From contig CBDCDZ010000004.1 in assembly GCA_965215565.1 (NCBI GenBank), positions 3,040,001-3,104,000 on the forward strand: DNA of 64,000 bases, written 5' to 3'. The notes under the pieces are model-generated. The model was given only the letters and a program-made list of their open reading frames with translations, searched no databases and had not been told where the DNA came from. Shown here one piece after another: positions 1 through 10,182 of the stretch. The DNA comes from Trueperaceae bacterium. Lineage in GTDB: Bacteria > Deinococcota > Deinococci > Deinococcales > Trueperaceae. Position numbers and translations under genes: made by a program. Every line of letters starts with the position of its first letter. The stretch's first letter is position 1.

Positions 1-235
1 ACGACATCGGCATGTCCATCCTCAACGCCAACATGCCAACGAAGTGCATACTCCAGATGCCGATGCCCATCGTGAACGCGCTACCACCCAGCCACATCCA
101 GAGACCTTGACCCTCGGCGTCTTTGACTTTACCCGCGAGCGTCAGCGCCGCAAACGACGCCACCGACGCCACCACGTACGAGAGCGCCACGAGGCGAAAG
201 TCCCAGGTGTAGCTCATCATTTCCGTCATATCCAT
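1..235 (-). CDS. MHYT-domain membrane sensor protein, N-terminal part (runs off window)
   Basis: Manual translation from ATG at 235 (GAGGT RBS upstream): MDMTEMMSYTWDFRLVALSYVVASVASFAALTLAG...WLGGSAFTMGIGIWSMHFVGMLAL, the MHYT signature; absent from ORF track. Confidence 0.85.
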   Translation of the reverse strand, partial: MDMTEMMSYTWDFRLVALSYVVASVASFAALTLAGKVKDAEGQGLWMWLGGSAFTMGIGIWSMHFVGMLALRMDMPMS

Positions 236-457
236 GTGTTACCTCTTTCCGCCCTACCGAGGGCATGTCGGGGTTTACCCTGTAACACTGAGTCTGACAG
301 GATTCTTACAAAAGAGGATGATGATTTTCACGAGAAGCGTGTGTAGGACGTTACTTTTAGAGAGGCGAAGTGCGTGAGAAAATCGGCTTTTTGGGTCTCA
401 AAGGATGCTGTGGTAGAGCGCGGAGGCTCGAGCCACTACGCGCAGCTTACGGGTAAC

Positions 458-1216
458 TCAAAAAATCCCTTTCGTCGCGCCCCCGTCTACCAGCAGCGTC
501 TGTCCGGTGATGTACGCCGCCTGCTGCGACGCTAAGAACACGGCGGCGGCGGCGACCTCTTCGGGCGCGGCAAAGCGCCCTGCGGGGATGCTCCGCTCGA
601 GCCTCGCCCTGTCCTCTTCGCCCTCAAAAATTTCATTCAGCCGCTCCGTCGCCGTATAACCGGGTGCAACGTTATTCACCGTGATGCCTTGCCCCGCCAC
701 CTCCGTGGAGAGGGTTTTGGCGAAGCCTGTCACGGCGGCGCGAAAGGCGTTCGAGAGCGTCAAGGCGTCAATCGGCTCCTTGACGGAGAGGCTCGTCATG
801 TTGATGATGCGCCCCCAGCCCCTCTCCTGCATGGCGGGCAGCGCCTTGTACGCTAAACGCACGGCGGACATGAGCGTAAGGTCGTAACCTTGCGCCCACG
901 CCTCTTGCGAGAGCGTCGTCGGCTTTCCGGCGGGGGGTCCGCCCGCGTTTACAACGAGGATGTCGGGCGCGGTGATCTTCTCGGCCTCTCCAAAAAGCAC
1001 GTCGATTCCCTGCGAATCGCTCACGTCAGCGACTAAGGCAGTGGCGTCTCCTCCGCTAGCGCGGATGTGCTCGGCGGCTTTGTAGAGGTCGGTCTGACCC
1101 CTCGAGCTTAGGATCACGCGGACGCCCTCGGCGGCGAGCCCCTGCGCGACAGCGAAGCCGATGCCTTTAGACGCGCCCGTGACGAGCGCCGTTTTGTTCT
1201 CGAGGTGTAAATTCAT
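458..1216 (-). CDS. SDR family oxidoreductase (3-oxoacyl-ACP reductase-like)
   Basis: TGASKGIG Rossmann motif, VNAGG, NNVAPG, ITGQTLLVDGG. Confidence 0.9.
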   Translation of the reverse strand: MNLHLENKTALVTGASKGIGFAVAQGLAAEGVRVILSSRGQTDLYKAAEHIRASGGDATALVADVSDSQGIDVLFGEAEKITAPDILVVNAGGPPAGKPTTLSQEAWAQGYDLTLMSAVRLAYKALPAMQERGWGRIINMTSLSVKEPIDALTLSNAFRAAVTGFAKTLSTEVAGQGITVNNVAPGYTATERLNEIFEGEEDRARLERSIPAGRFAAPEEVAAAAVFLASQQAAYITGQTLLVDGGATKGIF

Positions 1217-1222
1217 AGCGCA

Positions 1223-2251
1223 CTATACCCGCTCGAGCTTCACCTCTTTGAGCGCGGCGATGTCCCTAACACCCGCGCAGTGCATCGCGACGCGCAGTTC
1301 CCAGATGAAGTGCCTGAGCCACGCTACCACCTTTTCAGGTGAGACCGTCGAAGGCTCCAGAAGAGGCCGCGCCACCGCCACGACCTCCGCACCTAACGCA
1401 AGGGCTTTCGCTGCGTCCACCCCCGAGCGAATCCCGCCCGAAGCGATTAAAGGCATCTGCGGCAGCGTCTTGTGAACCTCTCGGAGCGCGGTTGCAGTCG
1501 GAATGCCCCACTCAGCGAGGTGCGGGTGGCGCACCTCGCCGTAGAGGACGTATTCCTCGACTTTCGCCCAGGAGGTGCCGCCCGCCCCCGCCACGTCGAG
1601 CGCGGCGAAACCTACGTCCTTGACGCGCTTCGCTACCGCCCCGCTGAGCCCGTGCCCGACCTCTTTGAGTAGGACGGGGAGGGGCACTCGGGGGACGACT
1701 TCGCGCAGTTTCGGCAAAAGGTCCGCGAAGTTCGTGTCGCCTCCCTCTTGCAGCGCCTCTTGCAGCGGGTTGGTATGCAGGGCGAGCGCGTCCGCGCCGA
1801 CAAGCTCCGCCGCGCGGCTAAGCTCCGCCGCACCGTAGCCCTTGTTGAGCTGGGCGACGCCCAGGTTGCCGATCAGCAAAATATCGGGGGCGACGGGGCG
1901 CACCTCGAAGGAGGCGCGGGTATGAGGATGCTCGAGCATCACCCGCTGCGAGCCGAGCATGAGCCCTACGCCCATCTCTTGCGCCGCTAACGCGAGATTG
2001 CGGTTGATAGCGGCGGAGCGCTCTGCGCCGCCCGTCATCGCGCCGATGAGAAGAGGTGCGGCGAGCGTCTTGCCTAAAAAGGTGGTGCGCGTACCTACGC
2101 TGGTCAAGTCGCTTTCGGGGAGGGCTGCGTAGGGGAGGTCAAAGTGTTCGAAACCCGTGGTGCGCGCTGCATACTCGACGGGGTACTCTAAACACACCTC
2201 GACGTGTTTGAGTTTGCGGGCGCGCAGGGGCTCGGCTAGGCTGTCTGCCAT
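1223..2251 (-). CDS. fni: Type 2 isopentenyl-diphosphate delta-isomerase
   Basis: RKLKHVEVC, GAMTGG, LGSQR, HTNPLQE, KEVGHG, GAGGTSW motifs; start at MADSL. Confidence 0.95.
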   Translation of the reverse strand: MADSLAEPLRARKLKHVEVCLEYPVEYAARTTGFEHFDLPYAALPESDLTSVGTRTTFLGKTLAAPLLIGAMTGGAERSAAINRNLALAAQEMGVGLMLGSQRVMLEHPHTRASFEVRPVAPDILLIGNLGVAQLNKGYGAAELSRAAELVGADALALHTNPLQEALQEGGDTNFADLLPKLREVVPRVPLPVLLKEVGHGLSGAVAKRVKDVGFAALDVAGAGGTSWAKVEEYVLYGEVRHPHLAEWGIPTATALREVHKTLPQMPLIASGGIRSGVDAAKALALGAEVVAVARPLLEPSTVSPEKVVAWLRHFIWELRVAMHCAGVRDIAALKEVKLERV

Positions 2252-2360
2252 CCCTACAAGGATAACGCACGCGCGGCGCAAGTAGGGTGCGCTGGCTGCG
2301 TTAGGGCGCTACGGTGATTTCGCTCATCGCAGAATGAAAGAAACGGGGTAGACTGGGGCA

Positions 2361-3776
2361 ATGTTACCCAAACTCACAAGCGCTCTCGTCGCCCTGGCCT
2401 TCCTGCTAAGCGCCTGCGGTCTCTTAGGCGGCGGCAGCGAACCCGGCGCGACCTGTTATCCAGAACCCGAGGAAACGCCAGCGGAAACACCTGCAGAGAC
2501 GTTGATCGATCCTGAAAGGTCTAGCCCCGCTTACGTCCCCGGTCAACTGCTCGTGCGCTACCGAGAGAGCGCTAGCGCGTTGCAACCCTTAGGGGCGCGC
2601 GCGAGTGCAGTCGAGCGTGAATACGGCTTGAAAACCCTCGAGTCCAACCCTGAACACGCCGACCTCGTCGCGCTCCCGGCGGACCAGAGCGTAGAGGAGG
2701 CGCTGGGGGTCCTCAACGCCGACCCGCGCGTCGCCTACGCCGAGCCCAACTACTACCTATACACCCAAGCGACGCCGAACGACACCTTTTTAGAGGAGCA
2801 GTGGAACCTCCTGGACTTCGGGCTGCCGCAAGCGTGGGACGTCGAGACGGGTCAGAGCAACGTCACGATTGCGGTTCTCGACAGCGGCGTCGACCTCTCG
2901 CACGAAGACCTGCGCGGTAGGTTCGTGCAAGGCTGCGACTTTTACGATCAAGACAATGACCCTAACCCCGGTTCGCCGAAAACGACGGCAGCCCAGACGC
3001 ACGGCACGCACGTCGCGGGCATCGTCGCCGCGACGGGCGACAACGGCGCGGGCGTTGCGGGGGTGGCGTATAAAGGCGTCAAGGTGCTGCCTGTCAAGGT
3101 CTTCGACGACGCGGGCAGGGTTGCGAAGACGGACGTCGTCGCCAAAGCGATCCGCTGGGCGGCCGGGCTAGACGTGGGCGGCGTGCGGCGCAACCCGAAC
3201 CCTGCCGACATCATCAACCTGAGTTTGGGAGGCAACATCCGAGACCCCGACACCGACGAGCCGATCAATATCCCCACCCTCGACGAAGCCATCCGTGACG
3301 CGCGGCGAGCGGGCGTCTTGACGATCGTCGCGGCGGGCAACGACAACGAGGGCGCGAAGGGGGACGGCATCTTCGCGCCTGCAAACGCGCCGGACGCGCT
3401 CGCGGTAGGCTCGGTGGACGCGAGCTACGAACGCTCCTCGTTCTCGGTCTACAGCACCTCGGGGCGCACGGTCAACCTGATGGCTCCAGGCGGTCTCGGA
3501 CCGAGTAGCTGCGGCTTAGTCGTTAGCACCGTCGCGGCAGAGAGCGGCAGCGGCGACTACGGCTGCCAAGCGGGAACCTCGATGGCGGCACCCTTCGTCA
3601 CGGGCGTCGCGGCGCTCCTCTGGAGTCAGTACCCGGATTGGAGCGCCGACAGAGTTGAGCAGCAGCTTCTCGCCGCCACGCTCTTTGACCCTAGCTTCAT
3701 GCGCCAAAGCGAGTACGGCGCAGGCGTGCTGTGCGCAGACTGGGCGCTGGACGCGGCGACGCTCTGCGGCAACTAA
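2361..3776 (+). CDS. S8 (subtilisin) family serine peptidase, lipoprotein
   Basis: Lipobox LLSAC; triad VLDSG / HGTHVAG / GTSMAAP; propeptide YAEPNY. Confidence 0.92.
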   Translation: MLPKLTSALVALAFLLSACGLLGGGSEPGATCYPEPEETPAETPAETLIDPERSSPAYVPGQLLVRYRESASALQPLGARASAVEREYGLKTLESNPEHADLVALPADQSVEEALGVLNADPRVAYAEPNYYLYTQATPNDTFLEEQWNLLDFGLPQAWDVETGQSNVTIAVLDSGVDLSHEDLRGRFVQGCDFYDQDNDPNPGSPKTTAAQTHGTHVAGIVAATGDNGAGVAGVAYKGVKVLPVKVFDDAGRVAKTDVVAKAIRWAAGLDVGGVRRNPNPADIINLSLGGNIRDPDTDEPINIPTLDEAIRDARRAGVLTIVAAGNDNEGAKGDGIFAPANAPDALAVGSVDASYERSSFSVYSTSGRTVNLMAPGGLGPSSCGLVVSTVAAESGSGDYGCQAGTSMAAPFVTGVAALLWSQYPDWSADRVEQQLLAATLFDPSFMRQSEYGAGVLCADWALDAATLCGN

Positions 3777-4112
3777 GCGTCGCACGCGGCTCACGCAAAA
3801 GGCGTTCCGTTTTGTATAGACGGACGCGGCAGTCGCCTTACGCAATATTACGCATAAGCTTTGCGGAAACTCCATGTGATGAACAAGGGGTTTCAACCCC
3901 TTGTTTTGACATCCTTAGCGTTACAGATAGAGCCACTAAAGGTCTACCTGAACTAGCTTTCCGGTTTCGTAGGGTGCTGACATTCGTTTTACTTTTCGGC
4001 AGAACCTCTTTCGGATTAGCTCGAGCAGCCTGCAGCGAGCGAATTAACCGACGATGAACGGCTTGCAGGGCGCTGTTCATCAAGCCTAAGCAGAACACAG
4101 TATAAAGGGTGT

Positions 4113-6479
4113 ATGAGATCATCGTTCTTTCTTCTCCTGCTCATGCTCGTCGCCTGTTCGGTGCAGGTTCAGCCGCCCCCCACGTCTCCTGAGCAGCCTG
4201 ACGGACCCTCGGTACAGAGCGGTTTCACGCTCTCGACGGACAGCACCGGCAACAGTCTAGACCCCGGCGGTGAGGTGAGCGGCATCCCGATTCGTATAGA
4301 GCGCATGAGCACGTTTGAGGACGCAGTCACCTTCGAGCTTTTCGGTGCGCCCGAGGGCGTCACGGGGCGCTTTAACCCGCCTAGCACCACAGGCGATTTG
4401 AGCGAGCTGACCCTCCAGGTGAGCAAGAGCACCCCGTCAGGCGAGTACGACTTGACCGTCCGAGGAGCGAGCGGCAGCGCAGGGAGTAGCTCGAGCAGCG
4501 CCGTGCAGATTCCGCTCTTCGTCACCGAGGCGGCGAGCAACAGCCAGCCGGGGTTTAGCGTGGCGCTCTTACCCTCGAGCCTCAACCTCGCGCCCGGCGA
4601 GAGCGAGAGCGTCCGCGTGACGTTCAATAGGAGCGGCGGCGCGAATGGCGCGATTGGGCTCAACATCTCAGGCGAGCCAGCGGGCGTCACCGTCTCTGTA
4701 GATACCACCTCACAGACCCCTACCTTGCGCGTCACGGCAAGTGGCGACGCCGCGCCCGGCAACTACGCGCTGAGCGTTCGCGGCGCAAGCGGCGACCTCA
4801 GCAGCAGCACGCAGCTCGGTCTGAGCATCTCGAGCGGAGACGGCGGAAATGGCGGCGCAGCGGGCAGCGCCCGCATTCGGGGGAGCGTACGCACAGCGAA
4901 CGCAGCTATCTCTCTAGGATCAGTTGAGGTAACAGCGCAAGGCGCTGTTCCTCCAGAGGAAAGCATCTTTAGCACGCCCTCGGCGGAAGAGAGACCTACT
5001 TACGTGCCAGGTCAGGTGCTCGTGCAGTACCGCGAGTCAGGCATAGCGCTGAGCGCGCAATCGCTGCAGCGAGCCGCGCAGCTTAGAGCGGAGGTTCGTA
5101 AGCGCTACGACCTCAATCTGCTGGAGACCGGCGCGCCCAACCAGCCCGACCTCTTAGCCGTTCCTCAAGACCGAGCGGTTGAGGAGGTGGCGGCAACCTT
5201 GCGGCGTGACCCGAACGTCCGCTACGCCGAGCCCAACTACTACCTCTACCCGGCAGACCTTCCGAATGACCCCAACGTAGGCGAGCAGTGGGCGCTTTCA
5301 GCGGCGGGTTTGCCCGTCGCTTGGGGCGCGGAAATTGGCGAGCGCGAGGTCGTCATCGCGGTTTTAGATTCCGGCTTCGACCTCTCGCACGAAGACTTGG
5401 CGAGCCGCTTTGTGCCCGGTTACGATTTCTGCGCTCTCGCGCGCGGCGACTGTACGGGCGCACCGCGCGACGCGGACCCTTCCTACGGCAACGCCGAGAA
5501 CGCTCACGGCACCCTCGTCGCGGGTATCGCGGGCGCGGCGGGCGACAACGGGCGCGGTGTGGCGGGCGCGGCGTATGGCAGCGGCGTGAAGCTCTTGCCC
5601 GTCAAACTCTTTAACGACGCGGGCACGGGCGCAACCGCGCAGAGCTTCGTCCAGGGTATCCGCTGGGCGGTGGGTCTCGAGGTGGATGGCGTACCCGTCA
5701 ACCGCAACCCTGCCCAGGTCATCAACGTCAGCTTGGGTGGCGACTTCAGCAGCAGCATCATGCAGAGCGCGATCGACGAGGCGAGAGCGAGAGGCGCGCT
5801 CATCGTCGCGGCGGCGGGTAACGGTGGGCGGAGCAACGTCGAGGGCGGTATTCTGTCGCCCGCCGCTGCGGAGGGCGTCATCGGCGTCGGGTCTATCAAC
5901 CGCGACTTTAGGCGCTCGTGCTTCTCGAACTACGGCGTCAGTGAGCGCAACGGACCGGGCGGCGTGGACATCGTCGCGCCAGGGGGCGAGGCAGCCTCGG
6001 GGAGCTGCGCCCAGGGCTCCTACGGGCTGCTCAGCACCGCGCCGGGTAACCGCTACAAAACCGCTATCGGCACGTCGTTCGCTACTCCGATGGTCGCGGG
6101 CGCAGCGGCGCTCGTCATGAGTCAGGAGCCTAACCTCAGCGTCTCACAGGTTGAAGCGCGGCTCCTTTCGGGCGCATACTTCGGACGTACGATGAATAGG
6201 GACGAATATGGGCGCGGCGCGCTGCGCGTAGAGCGCTCACTCGGGCTAGCCGGACCCGGCGACAGGGTCAGCGTCAGCGCGGTCGGCGAAAACGTCAGCG
6301 ACTCCTCCCTGGCGACGGTCACGCTCGATCTCTACGGCGGCTCGTCACCCTACAGCCTAGAGGACCTAGCCGCCGGGCGCTACCGCGTCGAAGCGGCAGC
6401 AGACGGTTTGAAAGGCGAAGAGACGCTCACCTTGCGAGACGGTGAGCGCCGCGAAAACGTCTCGTTGGATTTGCGCTAA
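4113..6479 (+). CDS. S8 family serine peptidase, lipoprotein with N-terminal Ser/Gly-rich beta (Ig-like) repeats
   Basis: Lipobox LVAC; two repeats ending PxGxYxLxVRGASG; VLDSG / HGTLVAG / GTSFATP. Confidence 0.9.
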   Translation: MRSSFFLLLLMLVACSVQVQPPPTSPEQPDGPSVQSGFTLSTDSTGNSLDPGGEVSGIPIRIERMSTFEDAVTFELFGAPEGVTGRFNPPSTTGDLSELTLQVSKSTPSGEYDLTVRGASGSAGSSSSSAVQIPLFVTEAASNSQPGFSVALLPSSLNLAPGESESVRVTFNRSGGANGAIGLNISGEPAGVTVSVDTTSQTPTLRVTASGDAAPGNYALSVRGASGDLSSSTQLGLSISSGDGGNGGAAGSARIRGSVRTANAAISLGSVEVTAQGAVPPEESIFSTPSAEERPTYVPGQVLVQYRESGIALSAQSLQRAAQLRAEVRKRYDLNLLETGAPNQPDLLAVPQDRAVEEVAATLRRDPNVRYAEPNYYLYPADLPNDPNVGEQWALSAAGLPVAWGAEIGEREVVIAVLDSGFDLSHEDLASRFVPGYDFCALARGDCTGAPRDADPSYGNAENAHGTLVAGIAGAAGDNGRGVAGAAYGSGVKLLPVKLFNDAGTGATAQSFVQGIRWAVGLEVDGVPVNRNPAQVINVSLGGDFSSSIMQSAIDEARARGALIVAAAGNGGRSNVEGGILSPAAAEGVIGVGSINRDFRRSCFSNYGVSERNGPGGVDIVAPGGEAASGSCAQGSYGLLSTAPGNRYKTAIGTSFATPMVAGAAALVMSQEPNLSVSQVEARLLSGAYFGRTMNRDEYGRGALRVERSLGLAGPGDRVSVSAVGENVSDSSLATVTLDLYGGSSPYSLEDLAAGRYRVEAAADGLKGEETLTLRDGERRENVSLDLR

Positions 6480-6499
6480 ATGCCCTTACCCCGGTGTAT

Positions 6500-6720
6500 G
6501 CTGTTGCACGGTGGCCGATAAGTGGGGGCTCATCGACCCCGAGCATGAACAAGCGGAGTTTTACCTCTTGGATGAGCGAGGAATTTATCAGGCTGTACCT
6601 TTGAGTGAAGGTGTCTTTCGCAGTGAGGTGTTGGCGGGGCTCGAGCTTGACACCGCGTGGTTATGGAGAGAACCGCTGCCCCCTTTGATGCACGTGCTGA
6701 AAATGTGGGGTTTAGTCTAA
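6500..6720 (+). pseudogene. C-terminal remnant of Uma2-family endonuclease
   Basis: LIDPEHEQAEFYLLDERGIYQ...FRSEVLAGLELDTAWLW resembles Uma2 C-terminus; N-terminal half absent. Confidence 0.65.
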
Positions 6721-6722
6721 CG

Positions 6723-7148
6723 TCACTTCACCTTTGACAAGAGCATGTGCGTCGTCGTCTGCCCAAAGCGCATACACGCGCTCAGTAGCGTCTCCAGCGC
6801 CTCCATACTTCCCAACCTCACCTGCACAATAAACGCGCTGTCTCCTACGAGATGATGACAACTCCCAATCGCCTCGGTCTGGTTCACAAAGCGCACGAAG
6901 GCCTTTTCTTGACTGTAAGGGACCGCCACTAGAATAAACGCGCCGATGGGCTTGCCGAGCCGTTGTTGATTCACCTCTACGCGGTAGCCCGTGATGACGC
7001 CTGCGTCCTCGAGCCGCCGCATCCGCTCCTTGACCGCAGGCGCACTCAGCCCGACTTCTTGCGCGATGGCGCTGTAACTCGCTCGAGCGTTTGCCGTGAG
7101 GATGAAGAGTATCTTCTCGTTGGTCGCGTCTAGCAGTTTATTTTCCAT
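6723..7148 (-). CDS. Lrp/AsnC family transcriptional regulator
   Basis: NARASYSAIAQEVGLSAPAVKERMRRLEDAGVITGY HTH; divergent from rocD. Confidence 0.92.
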   Translation of the reverse strand: MENKLLDATNEKILFILTANARASYSAIAQEVGLSAPAVKERMRRLEDAGVITGYRVEVNQQRLGKPIGAFILVAVPYSQEKAFVRFVNQTEAIGSCHHLVGDSAFIVQVRLGSMEALETLLSACMRFGQTTTHMLLSKVK

Positions 7149-7246
7149 AGTCAGAAGCTTAATCAACAACAATTTCCAAAGTAAGCACGGTCTATTGTAA
7201 CGGTTTTTGCCTTCCACTTGCGCAGGTTTCGCTCAATAATAGAGGG

Positions 7247-8470
7247 ATGAACACGCGAGACTACATCAACCTAGACGAACACTACGGCGCACGCATCTAC
7301 AAGCCGCTCGACATCGTTGTGAAAAAAGCGGAGGGCGTGTGGCTCCACGACGTGGAGGGCAGACGCTACTTGGACGGGCTGAGCGCGTACTCGGCGGTCA
7401 ACCAGGGGCACGGACACCCGCGTTTGCAGCGGGCGATGATTGAGCAGATGGGGCAGGTGACGTTGACCTCTCGCGCCTTTCGCAACGACCAGATGGGCTT
7501 ATTCCTCCGAGACCTCTGCGAGCTGATGGGCTACGAAATGGCGCTTCCGATGAACACAGGCGCGGAAGCCGTCGAGACCGCTATCAAAGCCGCGCGTAAG
7601 TGGGGCTATCAGACTAAAAATATCCCCGACGGACGAGCCGAAATCATCGTCTTTGACGGCAACTTTCACGGGCGCACCACCACCGTCGTCGGCTTCAGCA
7701 GCGAGGCGCAGTACAAGCAGGACTTCGGACCCTTCACGCCTGGGTTTCAGAGCGTTCCTTACGGCGACCTAGACGCGGTCAAAGAGGTGATGAACAGCAA
7801 CACGGTAGCAGTCCTCATCGAGCCGATTCAGGGCGAAGCGGGCGTGGTGATGCCGCCAGCGGGCTTTTTGAAGGGGTTGGAGGAGCTTTGCCGCGATAAC
7901 AACGTCCTTTTTATCGCGGACGAAATTCAGGCAGGCTTGGGGCGTGCTGGAGGCTTGACGGCGTCGGGGCTCGAGGATGTCAGAGCCGACATGGTCATCT
8001 TAGGCAAAGCCCTGAGTGGCGGCTTTTATCCCGTCTCCGCAGTCCTTGCGAGCCGCGAGATTTCAGGGCGATTCCAGGCAGGCGACCACGGCAGCACCTT
8101 TGCGGGCAATCCGTTAGGAGCCGCCGTCGCACGTGAGGCGTTAGCGATTTTGGTGGATGAGGGCTTAGTCGAGAGGTCAAGGGAGCTAGGGCGCTACGCT
8201 TTGGAGCAGCTTCAGAGCATCGACCATCCCAAGATTAGAGAGGTGCGCGGAAGAGGTCTTTTTATCGCGATAGAGCTTTCAGAAGACGCCAGGAAGTACT
8301 GCGAAGCTCTAGCCGAGCGCGGCTTGCTCTGCAAAGAGACGCGCAAAAATGTGATTCGCTTTGCGCCGCCGTTGGTCATCGAAAAGTCTGAGTTGGATTG
8401 GGCGATTGCGCAGTTTAGAGAGGTGTTTGCGAGTATGGAGCGCGCAGAGCCTACGCTTGTAAAAGGCTAG
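7247..8470 (+). CDS. rocD: Ornithine--oxo-acid transaminase
   Basis: YSAVNQGH, TLTSRAF, MNTGAEAVETA, EPIQGEAG, ADEIQ, GKALSGG. Confidence 0.93.
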   Translation: MNTRDYINLDEHYGARIYKPLDIVVKKAEGVWLHDVEGRRYLDGLSAYSAVNQGHGHPRLQRAMIEQMGQVTLTSRAFRNDQMGLFLRDLCELMGYEMALPMNTGAEAVETAIKAARKWGYQTKNIPDGRAEIIVFDGNFHGRTTTVVGFSSEAQYKQDFGPFTPGFQSVPYGDLDAVKEVMNSNTVAVLIEPIQGEAGVVMPPAGFLKGLEELCRDNNVLFIADEIQAGLGRAGGLTASGLEDVRADMVILGKALSGGFYPVSAVLASREISGRFQAGDHGSTFAGNPLGAAVAREALAILVDEGLVERSRELGRYALEQLQSIDHPKIREVRGRGLFIAIELSEDARKYCEALAERGLLCKETRKNVIRFAPPLVIEKSELDWAIAQFREVFASMERAEPTLVKG

Positions 8471-8518
8471 GTAAACGCACGACATTTCCTTTCCGCGTTT
8501 CGAGGAAAGCGACTGTAT

Positions 8519-9253
8519 TCAACTGTGTCTGCGAATAAACCGCTCGAGCTTTTCAGTGAAGACTCTTGGCGCATCAAGATTGGCGACGTGCCCTGCACCC
8601 GCGATGAGGTCAAAGGTAGCCCGGGGCAAATGCTCAGCGAGTGTTTTAGAAAGCTCCAAATTATGCTTATCCTCACCGCCACAAAGCACTAGCGCAGGCT
8701 TGTCAACCTCTGCAATCCAACCACTCGCGTCGAAGTCGAGTTCAAAGAGGTCGGCTAAAGTCGTAGGACTCAGCGAGGCAATTTCCTGTAGAGCTTGCGA
8801 CTTAAACGCAGAGGGCACGTCTCGAGTCAGTTGAGAAAGTACCTTTTCGGCAAAGGCTTGGGAATCAAAGCTCCTCACGTAATGTGCTGACTGACGCTGC
8901 TGTTCACGCGCCTCATCCGTAAGTTTGACGAAGCCTGCACTGAGCGTGATTGTACGTATCTGCTCTGGATAAACGTTTACGAAGTCGAGCGCGACCAAAG
9001 CGCCGAGCGACAAACCGCAGAGATGAACTGGAGCATTGACTTTTCGCTCAATCAGCCTGCTTATCTGTTCTCGTACTGTTTCAAAAGAAAAAGCACCAGC
9101 TTCTTCGCCGTAACCCGGTAGAAATGGGGCCAACACATAATAGCGCTGGCTGAGGTCGTCGAGTTGAGGCTGCCAAGCGCTAGGACCTGTTCCCATGCCG
9201 TGGAGAAAGATGATGGGGGTGTTCTCTGAGTTGCCCGCCTCGAGGCATTGCAT
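8519..9253 (-). CDS. Alpha/beta fold hydrolase
   Basis: FLHG, GLSLGA nucleophile elbow, GEDK, AGHVANLD. Confidence 0.88.
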   Translation of the reverse strand: MQCLEAGNSENTPIIFLHGMGTGPSAWQPQLDDLSQRYYVLAPFLPGYGEEAGAFSFETVREQISRLIERKVNAPVHLCGLSLGALVALDFVNVYPEQIRTITLSAGFVKLTDEAREQQRQSAHYVRSFDSQAFAEKVLSQLTRDVPSAFKSQALQEIASLSPTTLADLFELDFDASGWIAEVDKPALVLCGGEDKHNLELSKTLAEHLPRATFDLIAGAGHVANLDAPRVFTEKLERFIRRHS

Positions 9254-9314
9254 CCTTTCATCTTATCAAAAGTTACTGCGCTGTCTTACTAAAGTCCCAA
9301 GAGGTCTGTAGCTA

Positions 9315-9542
9315 CTAAGCGACCTCGTCAAATTCATACACAGGCGTTTTGATCGTTCGGCTTGGCTTCTGCTCACCTAAAATCACCCGCTGCAAGCGCT
9401 CTACTACCGCAGGAGCGAAAAACTGCTCGCCCGTTTCCTCATTCACACGTGCAGGGACGTTTCCTATGACGTGAAACTGTCCGTTGCGTTCTAAGGTGTA
9501 GGTTACTCGTTGCCCAATTAACTTTCCATCTCTTTCGTTCAC
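9315..9542 (-). CDS. YgiT-type (MqsA N-terminal-like) small protein, Cys-less variant
   Basis: VTYTLERNGQFHVIGNVPARVNEETGEQFFAPAVVERLQ pattern; GTG start. Confidence 0.75.
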   Translation of the reverse strand: MNERDGKLIGQRVTYTLERNGQFHVIGNVPARVNEETGEQFFAPAVVERLQRVILGEQKPSRTIKTPVYEFDEVA

Positions 9543-9583
9543 GATTTTTTCCTTCCTTGAATGTTGTCCCCGATTTAGCACTT

Positions 9584-10108
9584 TTATTCGCCTCTAAGCT
9601 TGCTGTAGACGATGAGGTCACGCCAGTCACCCGCACGCCACTGAGCTTTACGTGCTGTACCTTCGCGCGTAAACCCAGCCTTTATCAAGGCCCGCTGCTC
9701 TGCTACGTTCGTCACGTCAGTTGACGCCTCTACATGCGTCACGGTGTAGGTTGAGAATAGGTAATCTGTGAAGAGTCGCTGCGCCTCGGTGCCGTAACCC
9801 TTTCCGCGAAATTTGGGACTCAAGGTTATGCCGATATTGTAAGCTTGGCTCCCTTCGTTCGGACCGTACATGACGCGGTGGTAACTGACGCTGCCGACTA
9901 CATTTTCAGTGTCACTTTCTACAACAACTAAAGTGCCGCCGCGAGAGTCAAGCAGTCCGTTTTTGTTGAATTGTTCCTCGAGCCGTCCCGCTGGCTGAAA
10001 CCCGAACATGTTGTACTCGGAGTTGTGCGTTAGGTCATTGCGCCATTTAGCCAATAAGGGCAAGTCTGAATATTCGACGGGTCTCAGGCGCACCTTTTCT
10101 GTAGTCAC
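9584..10108 (-). CDS. GNAT acetyltransferase, RimJ/RimL type
   Basis: LRPVEYSD, FRGKGYGTEA, NVAEQRALIKAGFTREG. Confidence 0.9.
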   Translation of the reverse strand: MTTEKVRLRPVEYSDLPLLAKWRNDLTHNSEYNMFGFQPAGRLEEQFNKNGLLDSRGGTLVVVESDTENVVGSVSYHRVMYGPNEGSQAYNIGITLSPKFRGKGYGTEAQRLFTDYLFSTYTVTHVEASTDVTNVAEQRALIKAGFTREGTARKAQWRAGDWRDLIVYSKLRGE

Positions 10109-10182
10109 CGAGATTCAACCTTTCGCTTCACTGCTGAATGTTGCGATAAACGCACGTAGCTTTTTCAAACCACTAAAAGAGA

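Noticed and set aside
243..283. c-di-GMP-I riboswitch upstream of the MHYT gene (minus: GGTAAACC...GGCGGAAAG)
   Set aside because: Lacks the GNRA tetraloop and the second hairpin; the RBS follows immediately
44..346. 100-aa plus-strand ORF
   Set aside because: Antisense shadow of the MHYT gene; other short overlapping ORFs in the track are likewise GC-rich shadows
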